A stretch of 64,000 nucleotides of DNA from Oscillospiraceae bacterium (GCA_015065265.1 SVQQ01000001.1:137146-201145); one strand, 5' to 3'; counted from the first letter of the stretch, positions 28,801-37,077 are shown. Numbers and translations: made by a program. The notes: a model not told the origin generated them from the sequence alone.

Positions 28801-29457
28801 ACAACAATTACCGCAACAACGATTGACGGAAATAAAACAGCAACTTGTGTTGTTACAGTAAATGCTATTGATGAAGATATGCCGTCCCTGAAAATTGACG
28901 ATGTTACTGTGGCACCGGGCGAAGATTTTTATGTAGATATTGTGGCTGAAAACTGTGACATGGTCAAAGCAATAACTGTGAATGATATTGAATACAGCGA
29001 ATCTTTAACATTAACAAATGCAGAATGGTTATTGTCAGGTTCTACACTCAGTTCTGTCGACATAAACGGAGATTCGCTTATTGCTTTCCAGAACGCAGTT
29101 GATGCAAACAAAGCTGTTATGCGACTGTATTTTACTGCAGACAGCGAGGAAACAGATGGAGATGCTTACATCCGTTACAAAGCGATGGGAACTGATGCAT
29201 CTAATAAAAACTTCGACTTTGTTGAGTATGAAGGCAAAGTAACCATTAGAAGTTTCATTATTGGTGATTGCGACGGTGATGAGGAAATCACAGTAGATGA
29301 TGCGATTTATCTTGCATTCTATACATTCTATCCGAGCAGATATCCTCTTCCAACCGGTATGAATGTAGATTTTGACAAAGACGGAGCAATCACAGTAGAT
29401 GATGCGATACACCTTGCTTTCCACACATTCTACCCGGATAGATATCCATTAAATTAA
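25849..29457 (+). CDS. giant secreted protein: two CHAP domains, FN3-like module, 2x Big_2, cohesin-like module, C-terminal dockerin
   Basis: Signal peptide (LLAAILVITMVLPGITVFA). CHAP 1 (GNCTWYCWARASEM ... VYQGHVRYIEY). CHAP 2 (YDWCAMFVSWCARHAG ... WDHVGIVESV ... TIEGNANEQV). The C-terminal residues are identical to the end of the preceding protein. Confidence 0.85.
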   Translation: MKNNFKKLLAAILVITMVLPGITVFADDTTYSCMETKYISVVTGNGILLSPSLTFKCDAAKEFGSDGISNYAPIMQLTIYNNDTKETTYARITGTGASISSTLKLEDNSSYIVTVSYIYDESINKNAFKVGGGDGWADGDWWISSTNNINSYTVSSTKPSIETSGGTGDNQEDEEDTQQESKPSYYATWKDLPLNKTDTYYKYYFDPSVNPYFPYNAPYSPNYPSEYKKDSEGEYVYGNCTWYCWARASEMLVRNGKNPLTKSQLISNPSGWFNCAGGLSYDKKTSAVPKTNSIAVYQGHVRYIEYADSNYLIYSESGYRDTNDYDYDMKTTDPFNGGKPTWLCYGVGTATKNSSGKWVSTGNWSSIYGFEVGSGSGDSKLLGYIYLNVDSINDENAPTINTNLVSNSSKSSYTTDENVTITWNTYTGASSYGLTISRKTGSSWTSRETVYDKNGLTGNSVNIGKLPVGEYRFNMGAYSSGGSLLGDYSELKYFTVVGTSGDESNEDSTDLYPYSSAYKSSKYYTALNNVEMTGEEASDLVNVALSQVGYHEGNSTSELDGSNTSGTNNYSEYGYWFGTQVKGNTTGHFYDWCAMFVSWCARHAGISTSTISNSAYAGASNEIYHFSNLSYFSRGNGTPKKGDLIFFDNPNVDGQWDHVGIVESVTSTQVNTIEGNANEQVKRKTYNLTDTYIQGYGRPNYKNSSVEDSTQWGDWSDWSTTKPTASDTVQVESKTQYGYYHYILQYSNGNCGAYPIDATTFNKIFPSYPTTQKDYHTKYFDSQLSKIDTLTYNGTTYNCYANTCCPDSYNYDNGSNASYFYNLGTRTVYRSRTKLSETISVNSVTLNKNSVTLEVGATESLTATVKPSNATNKAVTWTSSNTSVASVSNGVITAKAAGTATITVKTADGNKTATCTVTVKTPTVAVTGVSLNKTATTLTVGGTETLIATVAPSNATNKAITWTSSNPSVASVSNGVITAKAAGTTTITATTIDGNKTATCVVTVNAIDEDMPSLKIDDVTVAPGEDFYVDIVAENCDMVKAITVNDIEYSESLTLTNAEWLLSGSTLSSVDINGDSLIAFQNAVDANKAVMRLYFTADSEETDGDAYIRYKAMGTDASNKNFDFVEYEGKVTIRSFIIGDCDGDEEITVDDAIYLAFYTFYPSRYPLPTGMNVDFDKDGAITVDDAIHLAFHTFYPDRYPLN

Positions 29458-29489
29458 AAGATTGGAGAATATATAAATGAAAAGATTTT
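28970..29489 (+). repeat. ~520-bp direct repeat, copy 2
   Basis: See 25241-25760. Identity runs through the stop codon, the RBS (GGAGAA) and ATGAAAAGATTTT of the next gene. Confidence 0.85.
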
Positions 29490-32400
29490 TAGGACTTATA
29501 CTTGCTTTAGTTTTAATGTTAACCATGCTTCCCTTTGTGACAGCAGCATCTGTACCCACTATGACAATGTCAAGTAGTAGTGGGCATGATATAGGAGATA
29601 CTGTTCCATTAACTATCTCGTTCGATTATGGTGAAAACAAAATAAAAAGTATAGCGATGGACAGCTTTACATACGATAAAGATGTTTTAAAATTAGATTC
29701 ACTTAGTTGGGAAATAGGAGGATTCCTTTCTTCTACTGATCCTGATGGGGATTCACTTATTGCTTTCACATCTGCTACAAAGGTTAGCGGTGTTGTTATG
29801 AAAGCGGAATTTAAAGTAATTGGTAAAAATAGTGATTTAACCCAAGAAATCACATTTAATTCTTTGGTAACACCTGAAACCGGCAGTAATATTACTGTCG
29901 CAGTTACAGGCGGTGTAATTACACTTAATCCTACAGAACTTACAGGTAAACAAACTGTAGCTATTACTGCTCCTGTTAAGGGTGCAACTCCTCAGAGCAC
30001 AATTGCTGCAGGTACAGGTTATACTGGAACAATTTCTTGGGAAGGTAATCCCACAAAATTCGCAGCTAACACTGTTTATGCTGCTAATATCACATTAACA
30101 GCAGCATCCGGATATATCTTTGGTAATGATGCAACAGGTAATGTTGCCGGTGCAACAATTACAAACAATTCTGTTTCAAATGACGGCAGCAAATTAACAT
30201 TTAAGGCTACATTCCCTAAAACTTCAGGCAAAGATACCCCTATTTGCGTTGCACCTGCAAATGTTACAGCAACATACGGTCAGACTTTAGCTGATATTAC
30301 ATTTAACAATCCTTCGGGCAATACAGAGGGTACATGGAGCTGGATGACCCCATCCACCACTGTTGGAAATGCCTCTGCAACACCTAAGAATTTCAAAGCA
30401 AAGTTTGTTCCTACGGATAGTGATAATTATCTGACTGTTGAAAACATTGATGTTCCTGTTACTGTAAACGCAAAGAACATTACCGTATCTGTTGCAACAA
30501 TTTCTGATCAGGAATATACCGGTAGCCAGATTAAACCTACTGTTACAGTTACAGGCGACGGCAAGACATTAGTACTTAATACTGACTACACTGTTGAATA
30601 CGGCGACAATGTAAATGCAGGAGAAAATGCTGGCTTTGTTACCGTTAAAGCAAAAGAAAATGGCAACTATACTTTTGAAAATGCTGTGAAGAACTTCAAC
30701 ATTGTTGCACAGGCTGGTACAGTTTCAATCAGCGGTAATTTGAATGTTCCCTTTGGTACAGCAGTACCTGATGTAACTATCAATAAAAATGGTAGTGACG
30801 GTGCAACAACCACTTATTACTACACAAATACAGCTTGCACAGAAGGTAAAACAACAACAAAGCCTACTGCAGCAGGCAACTACTGGGTACAGGTAGAAAT
30901 GGCAGCTGGTACAAACTTTGGTGCTGCTGTAAGTAATGCTTTGAGCTTTACAATTTCTCGTGCAGATATTACTCCGGAAGTTACCATTACAGGCTGGACA
31001 TATAAGACTACAGCGAATGATCCTTCTGTTACAGGTAACACCGGAAACGGTTCTGTAACATATAAGTATAAAGCAAAGACTGATGCAGATTCAGCATACT
31101 CAACTACAGTTCCTACAAATGCAGGTGAATATACTGTAAAGGCAGAAATTGCCGAGACTTCAAACTTCAACGCTGGTTCTGCAACAGCTAATTTCACAAT
31201 TGCTCCTAAAGTACTCGATGATACAATGGTTGCAGCAACAATAGCACCACAGGATTACACAGGAAACGAAATTAAGCCTACTCCTACTGTTACATATGGT
31301 ACAGCTCTTGTAAACAATACAGACTTTACCTACGGTTATGAAAATAACACTTATGTAGGAACAACTGCAAAGGTAACGGTTATTGGTAAAGGCAATTACA
31401 GCGGAGAGGTTGATAAAAACTTCAGCATTACCGCAATTGACCAGACACCTGCTATTACAGCAACAGCATCCGTAACCAAGGGTGGCAACACAGTTGATTT
31501 GAACCCTCTCGTTGCAAACGCTAAGGGCGATGTAAGCTTTACAATTTCCGGCGAAGCAAATGGTTGCACAATCGACAATGGTGTTCTTACATCCGGCGAA
31601 AATTCCGGCACAGTAAAAATCAATGTTGCTATCACTGCAAAGGATGTTAACGGTGACACAGTTAACGAGTATAATGCATACTCCCTCACAGACGCTATCA
31701 CCGTTACAGTAAACGACAAAGAAACGCAAGATACACTCAATATCACAAGTGCTACAACAGTTACTTATGGTCAGACACTTACACTTACGTCAAGTGGTGG
31801 TAGCGGTACAGGTGCAATAACTTATGCCGTAACAAATGGCACAGGCGAAGCAACAATCGAAGGTAACATTCTTACTCCTTCTAAGGTTGGTACTGTAACT
31901 GTTATCGCAACAAAGGGTGAAGATGAAACATACAATAGCATCTCAAGTGCTCCTGTTGTTATCACAATTGAAAAGATTAAAGTTGCTATCCCTGCTGAAG
32001 ATACAATAACATATACCTACACCGGTACAGAGCATACATATCAGATTGCTGAAAATGCTGCATACACTATCGTAGGTAATAAGCAGACAAATGCTAATGA
32101 GGCAGGATATCCTGTTACTGTAACACTTAACGATACAGAAACACACGCTTGGGCCGATGATTCTATCGAGGCAAAGAATTACACATTCATCATTAATAAG
32201 GCTACAATCACTGTTGCTGCTAAAAATCAGCAAGTATATGTAAATGGTACAGCTCCTGTTCTTGGTACTGACGATTATACAGTAACCGGTCTTGTAAACG
32301 GTGAAACACTTAAAACTGCTCCTACAATTGAATATGAAACGACTCCTGACACAAGTGCTACTGGAAGCGTTGTAATTAAGATTTACGGTGCAGAAGCTCC

Positions 32401-33313
32401 TGATGGCGGCAACTACAATGACGTTGTTCATACAAACGGTACACTTACCATTAAGAAGAAGACCTCCGGTGGTGGCAGCATTAGTGTTTCAAAGTACACA
32501 GTGAAATTTGAAACAAACGGCGGCAGCGAGGTTGAAAATAAGACGGTTAACAGAAATACTGTTCTTGAGGCTCCTGAAGCTCCTACAAAGGACGGATTTA
32601 AGTTTGACGGTTGGTTCACTGATAAGGAGTTAACAACAGCTTACGACTTCACTGCAAAGGTAACAAAGAACTTTACACTTTATGCAAAGTGGACTAAAAT
32701 TGAAAAAGAACCTGAAGTTGACAAGCCTGAAGATACGGACGATCCTGAGGTGACAGAATGGAAGAATCCTTTCAGCGATGTGAAGGCTGATGACTGGTTC
32801 TATGCAAATGTTCAGTATGTTGCCCAAAACAAACTCATGAACGGTGTTGCAGTAGATAAGTTTGCTCCTAACGATACTCTTACAAGAGCAATGCTTGTAA
32901 CTGTCCTTTATCGTAATGAAGGAGAACCTGCTGTAAACAAGAGCATACCTTTTGCTGATGTTGATATGGGTGCTTACTATGCAAGTGCAGTTATCTGGGC
33001 TAAGCAGAACGGCATTGTAAACGGCGTAACTGAAACTGAGTTTGCACCTGATGCAAATATCACTCGTGAGCAGATCGCAGCTATTATGTTCAGATATGCA
33101 CAGTACAATGGCATGGATGCTGTAACATTAGAAGAAAATCTCCACTTCACAGATGCAAGCGAGATTTCTGAATATGCAGTTTCGGCTATGAATTGGGCAG
33201 TCGACAAAGGCATTATGAAGGGTAAATCGGCTACTACAATCAATCCGAAGGATAATGCAACAAGAGCAGAAATTGCAGCGATTTTTCAAAGATTTGTTGA
33301 AAATATAAAATAG
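29477..33313 (+). CDS. giant wall-anchored protein: N-terminal cohesin-like module, many Ig-like (MBG/YTG-type) repeats, one Flg_new repeat, three C-terminal SLH domains (scaffoldin-like)
   Basis: Signal peptide (LILALVLMLTMLPFVTA). The cohesin-like segment IGDTVPLTISFDYGENKIKSIAMDSFTYDKDVLKLDSLSW...SSTDPDGDSLIAF...VVMKAEFKVIGKN is homologous to the pre-dockerin modules of the two preceding proteins (shared D-x-x-GDSLIAF). SLH repeats: FSDVKADDWFYANVQYVAQNKLMNG..., FADVDMGAYYASAVIWAKQNGIVNG..., FTDASEISEYAVSAMNWAVDKGIMKG... Confidence 0.85.
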   Translation: MKRFLGLILALVLMLTMLPFVTAASVPTMTMSSSSGHDIGDTVPLTISFDYGENKIKSIAMDSFTYDKDVLKLDSLSWEIGGFLSSTDPDGDSLIAFTSATKVSGVVMKAEFKVIGKNSDLTQEITFNSLVTPETGSNITVAVTGGVITLNPTELTGKQTVAITAPVKGATPQSTIAAGTGYTGTISWEGNPTKFAANTVYAANITLTAASGYIFGNDATGNVAGATITNNSVSNDGSKLTFKATFPKTSGKDTPICVAPANVTATYGQTLADITFNNPSGNTEGTWSWMTPSTTVGNASATPKNFKAKFVPTDSDNYLTVENIDVPVTVNAKNITVSVATISDQEYTGSQIKPTVTVTGDGKTLVLNTDYTVEYGDNVNAGENAGFVTVKAKENGNYTFENAVKNFNIVAQAGTVSISGNLNVPFGTAVPDVTINKNGSDGATTTYYYTNTACTEGKTTTKPTAAGNYWVQVEMAAGTNFGAAVSNALSFTISRADITPEVTITGWTYKTTANDPSVTGNTGNGSVTYKYKAKTDADSAYSTTVPTNAGEYTVKAEIAETSNFNAGSATANFTIAPKVLDDTMVAATIAPQDYTGNEIKPTPTVTYGTALVNNTDFTYGYENNTYVGTTAKVTVIGKGNYSGEVDKNFSITAIDQTPAITATASVTKGGNTVDLNPLVANAKGDVSFTISGEANGCTIDNGVLTSGENSGTVKINVAITAKDVNGDTVNEYNAYSLTDAITVTVNDKETQDTLNITSATTVTYGQTLTLTSSGGSGTGAITYAVTNGTGEATIEGNILTPSKVGTVTVIATKGEDETYNSISSAPVVITIEKIKVAIPAEDTITYTYTGTEHTYQIAENAAYTIVGNKQTNANEAGYPVTVTLNDTETHAWADDSIEAKNYTFIINKATITVAAKNQQVYVNGTAPVLGTDDYTVTGLVNGETLKTAPTIEYETTPDTSATGSVVIKIYGAEAPDGGNYNDVVHTNGTLTIKKKTSGGGSISVSKYTVKFETNGGSEVENKTVNRNTVLEAPEAPTKDGFKFDGWFTDKELTTAYDFTAKVTKNFTLYAKWTKIEKEPEVDKPEDTDDPEVTEWKNPFSDVKADDWFYANVQYVAQNKLMNGVAVDKFAPNDTLTRAMLVTVLYRNEGEPAVNKSIPFADVDMGAYYASAVIWAKQNGIVNGVTETEFAPDANITREQIAAIMFRYAQYNGMDAVTLEENLHFTDASEISEYAVSAMNWAVDKGIMKGKSATTINPKDNATRAEIAAIFQRFVENIK

Positions 33314-33328
33314 AATAACGATAAACAG

Positions 33329-33360
33329 AACCACACTCTGAAAACAGGGTGTGGTTTTTG
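33329..33360 (+). terminator. terminator of the surface-protein operon
   Basis: Stem AACCACACTCTG / CAGGGTGTGGTT (one mismatch), followed by TTTTG. Confidence 0.75.
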
Positions 33361-33537
33361 ATTTAATAATACTATTAGAATGTTTCTTCAATATGCCAAG
33401 AATTAAAATAATAAAAACTACTATATACCTTTTTAAGAGATATATGCCTAAGTAGTTGGCTGTATCCCTCGTTTTTTATGCAATAAGCTCATATTTAAAG
33501 CCTTTATTTAAAAGAATGTTAAATTTGTTATTCGTTG

Positions 33538-33566
33538 TTGATTTGAGTCGGACTTTGTAGTATAAT
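33538..33566 (+). promoter_or_regulatory. promoter of the Hen1-like / NTPase gene pair
   Basis: TTGATT (33538-33543), a 17-nt spacer, TATAAT (33561-33566). Confidence 0.6.
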
Positions 33567-33613
33567 GTGTTTGGAAAATTATTACAGGTATGTGCTTTGT
33601 GGAGGTGAGATGA

Positions 33614-34192
33614 TTGACATTATATCAAGAAAGGAATAAAGCAATACTAGAAATTTTGTTGTCTAACAATGTGGATACTGTATTGGATTGTGGCTGTGGA
33701 AACGGTAGATTATTAAATCTACTATTTAAGAGTTACAAATTCAAGAAATTATCAGGATTGGATAATTCAAAAAAACAAATTAGAATGGCTCGAAAAAAAA
33801 ATATGGATAGTAATATTAATTTTTTTTGTCAATCAATATTTGACTTTGCTTTCAGTTCTGATTTAAGTTATTATGATGCAATTGTAGCTTCGGAAATAAT
33901 AGAACATTTTACCAAGGATGAATTGAATGATTTCTTAAGAATCGTTTTCTCCATATTATCACCTAAAATTGTTATAATCACAACACCAAATAAGGACTAT
34001 AATTACAATTATGAAAAGTTGTACAATGGTTTACGCCATTCGACACATTATTTTGAACTCAATGAATCGGAAGCAATAAACTTTGCCGAGAATATAGAAA
34101 AAAAATATTTGAATTATACGGCAACATGTGATTTTTGTGATATTAATCATTCTTCACATTTGATTACTTTTAAGAGGAGCGTAATTTTATGA
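33614..34192 (+). CDS. stand-alone Hen1-type SAM-dependent methyltransferase (RNA 3'-terminal ribose 2'-O-methyltransferase-like)
   Basis: TTG start 8 nt after GGAGG. SAM motif I is VLDCGCGNGRLL. Three further motifs match the metal-binding and signature motifs I remember for plant and bacterial Hen1 catalytic domains: ASEIIEHF (E-x-x-E-H), TTPNKDYN, and LRHSTHYFELNESEAINFA. There is no N-terminal Pnkp-interaction half. Confidence 0.7.
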   Translation: MTLYQERNKAILEILLSNNVDTVLDCGCGNGRLLNLLFKSYKFKKLSGLDNSKKQIRMARKKNMDSNINFFCQSIFDFAFSSDLSYYDAIVASEIIEHFTKDELNDFLRIVFSILSPKIVIITTPNKDYNYNYEKLYNGLRHSTHYFELNESEAINFAENIEKKYLNYTATCDFCDINHSSHLITFKRSVIL

Positions 34193-36801
34193 AAAATATG
34201 ACACCATCTAATATAAAAAAAGTTGATTGTGCTTTGATTTTTATGCTTGATGAAGAAAGAGATTATTTTTTGAAATTTAACAATCAATTTATATTTGAAG
34301 TACGAGATTTTGGCAAGTACATTGAGTTTACTTTCTTTGATAAATTAGGATATCTTAGAAAAGGGGTAATCTGTTCTAACGGTACTGCTATGGGGAACAC
34401 AGAATCATGTTCGTTATTTTACAAACTTTCTCGTGAATATACGGCTGATTTATATATTAACCTTGGAGTTTCTGGAGTAATAAAGGATGTGAATATAGGT
34501 GATGTTGTAGTAGTTACACGTTTGTCTACACTTGGCGAAGAGAATGCAACAGGTTCACCATGGCAATTAAAGGATGTACCAGTTCAATTTGCCGATGATG
34601 CTGAAAATGCTGCAATGAAGTTACATAAATTTTTTTCAAACTTTTCTGAAAGCACAAAAGAAGGTGTTTTAGAATTAAAGAACGAATTAAAAAAAATAGG
34701 GAAAGAAAGTCTTTGTTCTTTTGATTTTAACACAATAAAAACCGGCTGGTGTGGAACTGTTCCTGAAGTTATAAAAGGAGAAAAGGGACGCGAAAATTTC
34801 CCCATTATACGGAAATTGAATATTATTGATATGGAAGCTTATTATTTGGTGCTTTGGCATTCTCTTATTAAGAAAACAGAACCAGAACACTCCAGTCAAT
34901 GTAGTGAAATATTAGTATTCAAAAGTGCATCTGATAATGGTGATGAAAATAAACAAATTATGGAAGATTGTGGAAGCCGAAAATTAGCAATGACTAATTT
35001 ATCTAATGTGGTGACAAAATATTGTACAGAAATTCACGATTTTCCTCGTAACACAAACGAAACAATTTTCACTTTTTTTAATAACGAAGTTAAAAAGAGC
35101 AGTGCGGATGAATTTGCTGAAGAATCATCACACAATTTTGACAAAACGGTCGCACAATTCGAAAAATTATGCAGTTATTTTATCGAAACAGACGAAGATA
35201 ACTTTGACAAAAATCAATGTGTAAAAGCGGCATTTGAATCTCTCTCCACTTTTAACAAAGCAATCTTTTTATGCGGACGATCTGGTACTGCAAAATCAAC
35301 ATTTATGTCATATTTATATTATTTAGTTCTAAAAAACGATTTAAAGGCTGTGTTGGTAGATTTTTCTAAATATACTGAAAGTACTAATCCTAAAGCTTCA
35401 CAATTGGTATATTTGATGGAAAAATTGTTGTATACGGAAAGCGACCTTTATATTTTTCTAGATGGTATAGATATTAGTGCTCCTTATTATAATCATCTTC
35501 TTTCGGTTTTGGATAAAGATAATTACACAAATATAAGTTATTGTATAGGAGATATAATAGGTAGTAATGAGTCTATCAATATAATTCCACAACATCTAAA
35601 TTCTACTACAATAGAATTTAGTGGGAAAAGTTTGTATTCAGATGATTTTGATGTAATGTTAGAATCTGCAGAACAGTATTTTAAAATTTTAAAACGTGAT
35701 CTTTCTGCAATAGCAGTAAAAGAGTTTGTTGCAAAATCTAAAATAACAAATGTTGATTTTAGGTTACTTAGCATGATATCTAATCATTGTGACGTTATCG
35801 CAAATTGTAGTAGTTTGTATACTTTTTTAAACAAAAGCATAATCAAAAAATTTGGCAGATCAACACTCTTAAATTATAGAGAATCTCCGTATCTTTTTTG
35901 CGCAGATCGTCCCAGCGATTTGCCAGTCGAGTTTATGAAGTTTAATCACAATACATATGCTAATTCGTTGGCGGTTGCTCAAGAAATAGTAGATATGTTT
36001 GAAAAAAATGACAGAAATCGCATATTAAAATTTGCAACCTCAAAATTTGTCTTATCAGATGATATGAATTTGTTCCTAAATCATCTATTAAAGTACAACA
36101 GAAAGTCTAACGATATTATTGATAATATTATAGACACTTTAACCGAGGATAAAAACATTAGTGTCTGTGTACAAACACAGCTTTTGTACAGTATAAGTGG
36201 TGTTGTGAAAATTGAAACTACACAGTACGACAAATTAAAACAATTATTAATAAATAAAGTTAAAATTGCCAAGAGTAATAGCATTGCTTCTAGTGATTAT
36301 CCTTGGATGATACAATATCGAACTCTATGTATTGTTCTTAATCAATACTTCAATATCTCTGATTATTTAAGTGAATATAACAAGAGCTTATTGAACAATA
36401 ACTTGATTTCTAAATATAATCTATATTTCCATTTCTTATATTATTCTAAATGTCCTTTTACTTTTGATCATATCAATAGATTCAATATAGAATTTTTAAA
36501 TCATGAAGTATTTTTGAATACTTATTACGTTTTAAAGCGCTTTATTGATAATGATTTACAAAACAAACTCTTATCTCGTAATCCGTTTGTGTTTATGAAT
36601 ATTATTACTTATATGAACCTAATACGTGAAGTAATAATCAAAGAAAACAAATTCTTATATTTATCAGATGAAATAAAAACCACTATTGATAATATAGGAA
36701 ATACTATTACAATGTTAAAAAGCCATCCGCTTCCAAAAGATATTATGGAGCAAATTGAGGATTTAGCACTTGTAATTAATCAGAAATTGTTTGTTGACTA
36801 A
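34189..36801 (+). CDS. fusion protein: N-terminal MTAN/PNP (PNP_UDP_1) nucleosidase-like domain, central NACHT-like P-loop NTPase, C-terminal ~430-aa helical region
   Basis: The start ATG overlaps the methyltransferase stop (ATGA). The N-terminal domain aligns motif-by-motif with E. coli MtnN as I recall it. IFMLDEERDYF matches IIGAMEEEV. YINLGVSGVIKDVNIGDVVVV matches IINTGSAGGL..VGDIVVS. GWCGTVPEVI matches IVSGDAFI. IIDMEAYY matches AVEMEATA. VFKSASDNGD matches VVRAISDVAD. Walker A is LCGRSGTAKST (nt ~35271-35300) and the NACHT-style Walker B is LYIFLDGID (nt ~35445-35472). Confidence 0.75.
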   Translation: MKNMTPSNIKKVDCALIFMLDEERDYFLKFNNQFIFEVRDFGKYIEFTFFDKLGYLRKGVICSNGTAMGNTESCSLFYKLSREYTADLYINLGVSGVIKDVNIGDVVVVTRLSTLGEENATGSPWQLKDVPVQFADDAENAAMKLHKFFSNFSESTKEGVLELKNELKKIGKESLCSFDFNTIKTGWCGTVPEVIKGEKGRENFPIIRKLNIIDMEAYYLVLWHSLIKKTEPEHSSQCSEILVFKSASDNGDENKQIMEDCGSRKLAMTNLSNVVTKYCTEIHDFPRNTNETIFTFFNNEVKKSSADEFAEESSHNFDKTVAQFEKLCSYFIETDEDNFDKNQCVKAAFESLSTFNKAIFLCGRSGTAKSTFMSYLYYLVLKNDLKAVLVDFSKYTESTNPKASQLVYLMEKLLYTESDLYIFLDGIDISAPYYNHLLSVLDKDNYTNISYCIGDIIGSNESINIIPQHLNSTTIEFSGKSLYSDDFDVMLESAEQYFKILKRDLSAIAVKEFVAKSKITNVDFRLLSMISNHCDVIANCSSLYTFLNKSIIKKFGRSTLLNYRESPYLFCADRPSDLPVEFMKFNHNTYANSLAVAQEIVDMFEKNDRNRILKFATSKFVLSDDMNLFLNHLLKYNRKSNDIIDNIIDTLTEDKNISVCVQTQLLYSISGVVKIETTQYDKLKQLLINKVKIAKSNSIASSDYPWMIQYRTLCIVLNQYFNISDYLSEYNKSLLNNNLISKYNLYFHFLYYSKCPFTFDHINRFNIEFLNHEVFLNTYYVLKRFIDNDLQNKLLSRNPFVFMNIITYMNLIREVIIKENKFLYLSDEIKTTIDNIGNTITMLKSHPLPKDIMEQIEDLALVINQKLFVD

Positions 36802-36804
36802 ATT

Positions 36805-36848
36805 AAGAACTACCGCCTAAACCATAATCGGTTTAGGTGGTAGTTCTT
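36805..36848 (+). terminator. long hairpin after the NTPase gene (terminator-like, weak T-tract)
   Basis: 19-bp stem AAGAACTACCGCCTAAACC / GGTTTAGGTGGTAGTTCTT (one G-U) with a 6-nt loop. Confidence 0.6.
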
Positions 36849-36961
36849 ATGTAAATACAAAGACAGGCCTGACAATATGCTGGGTTCGACTTTGCGTGTT
36901 TTGGTTAATCGTTGAAGAGGAAAAGCAAAAATCATAATGTTAAATTAATTCCATCACAGAA

Positions 36962-37035
36962 TTTCGGCTAATTTTGTAATATTTATAAAATTAGCCGAAA
37001 CTTTTATTGACAAACAGGCAAAATAGGAGTATAAT
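36962..37035 (+). promoter_or_regulatory. 14-bp perfect palindrome followed by a consensus promoter for the DUF4143-type ATPase gene
   Basis: TTTCGGCTAATTTT (36962-36975) / AAAATTAGCCGAAA (36987-37000). TTGACA (37007-37012), a 17-nt spacer, TATAAT (37030-37035). Confidence 0.65.
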
Positions 37036-37077
37036 ATACACATAATTAAACTGCCATTGTTATACACGGAGGAAATT

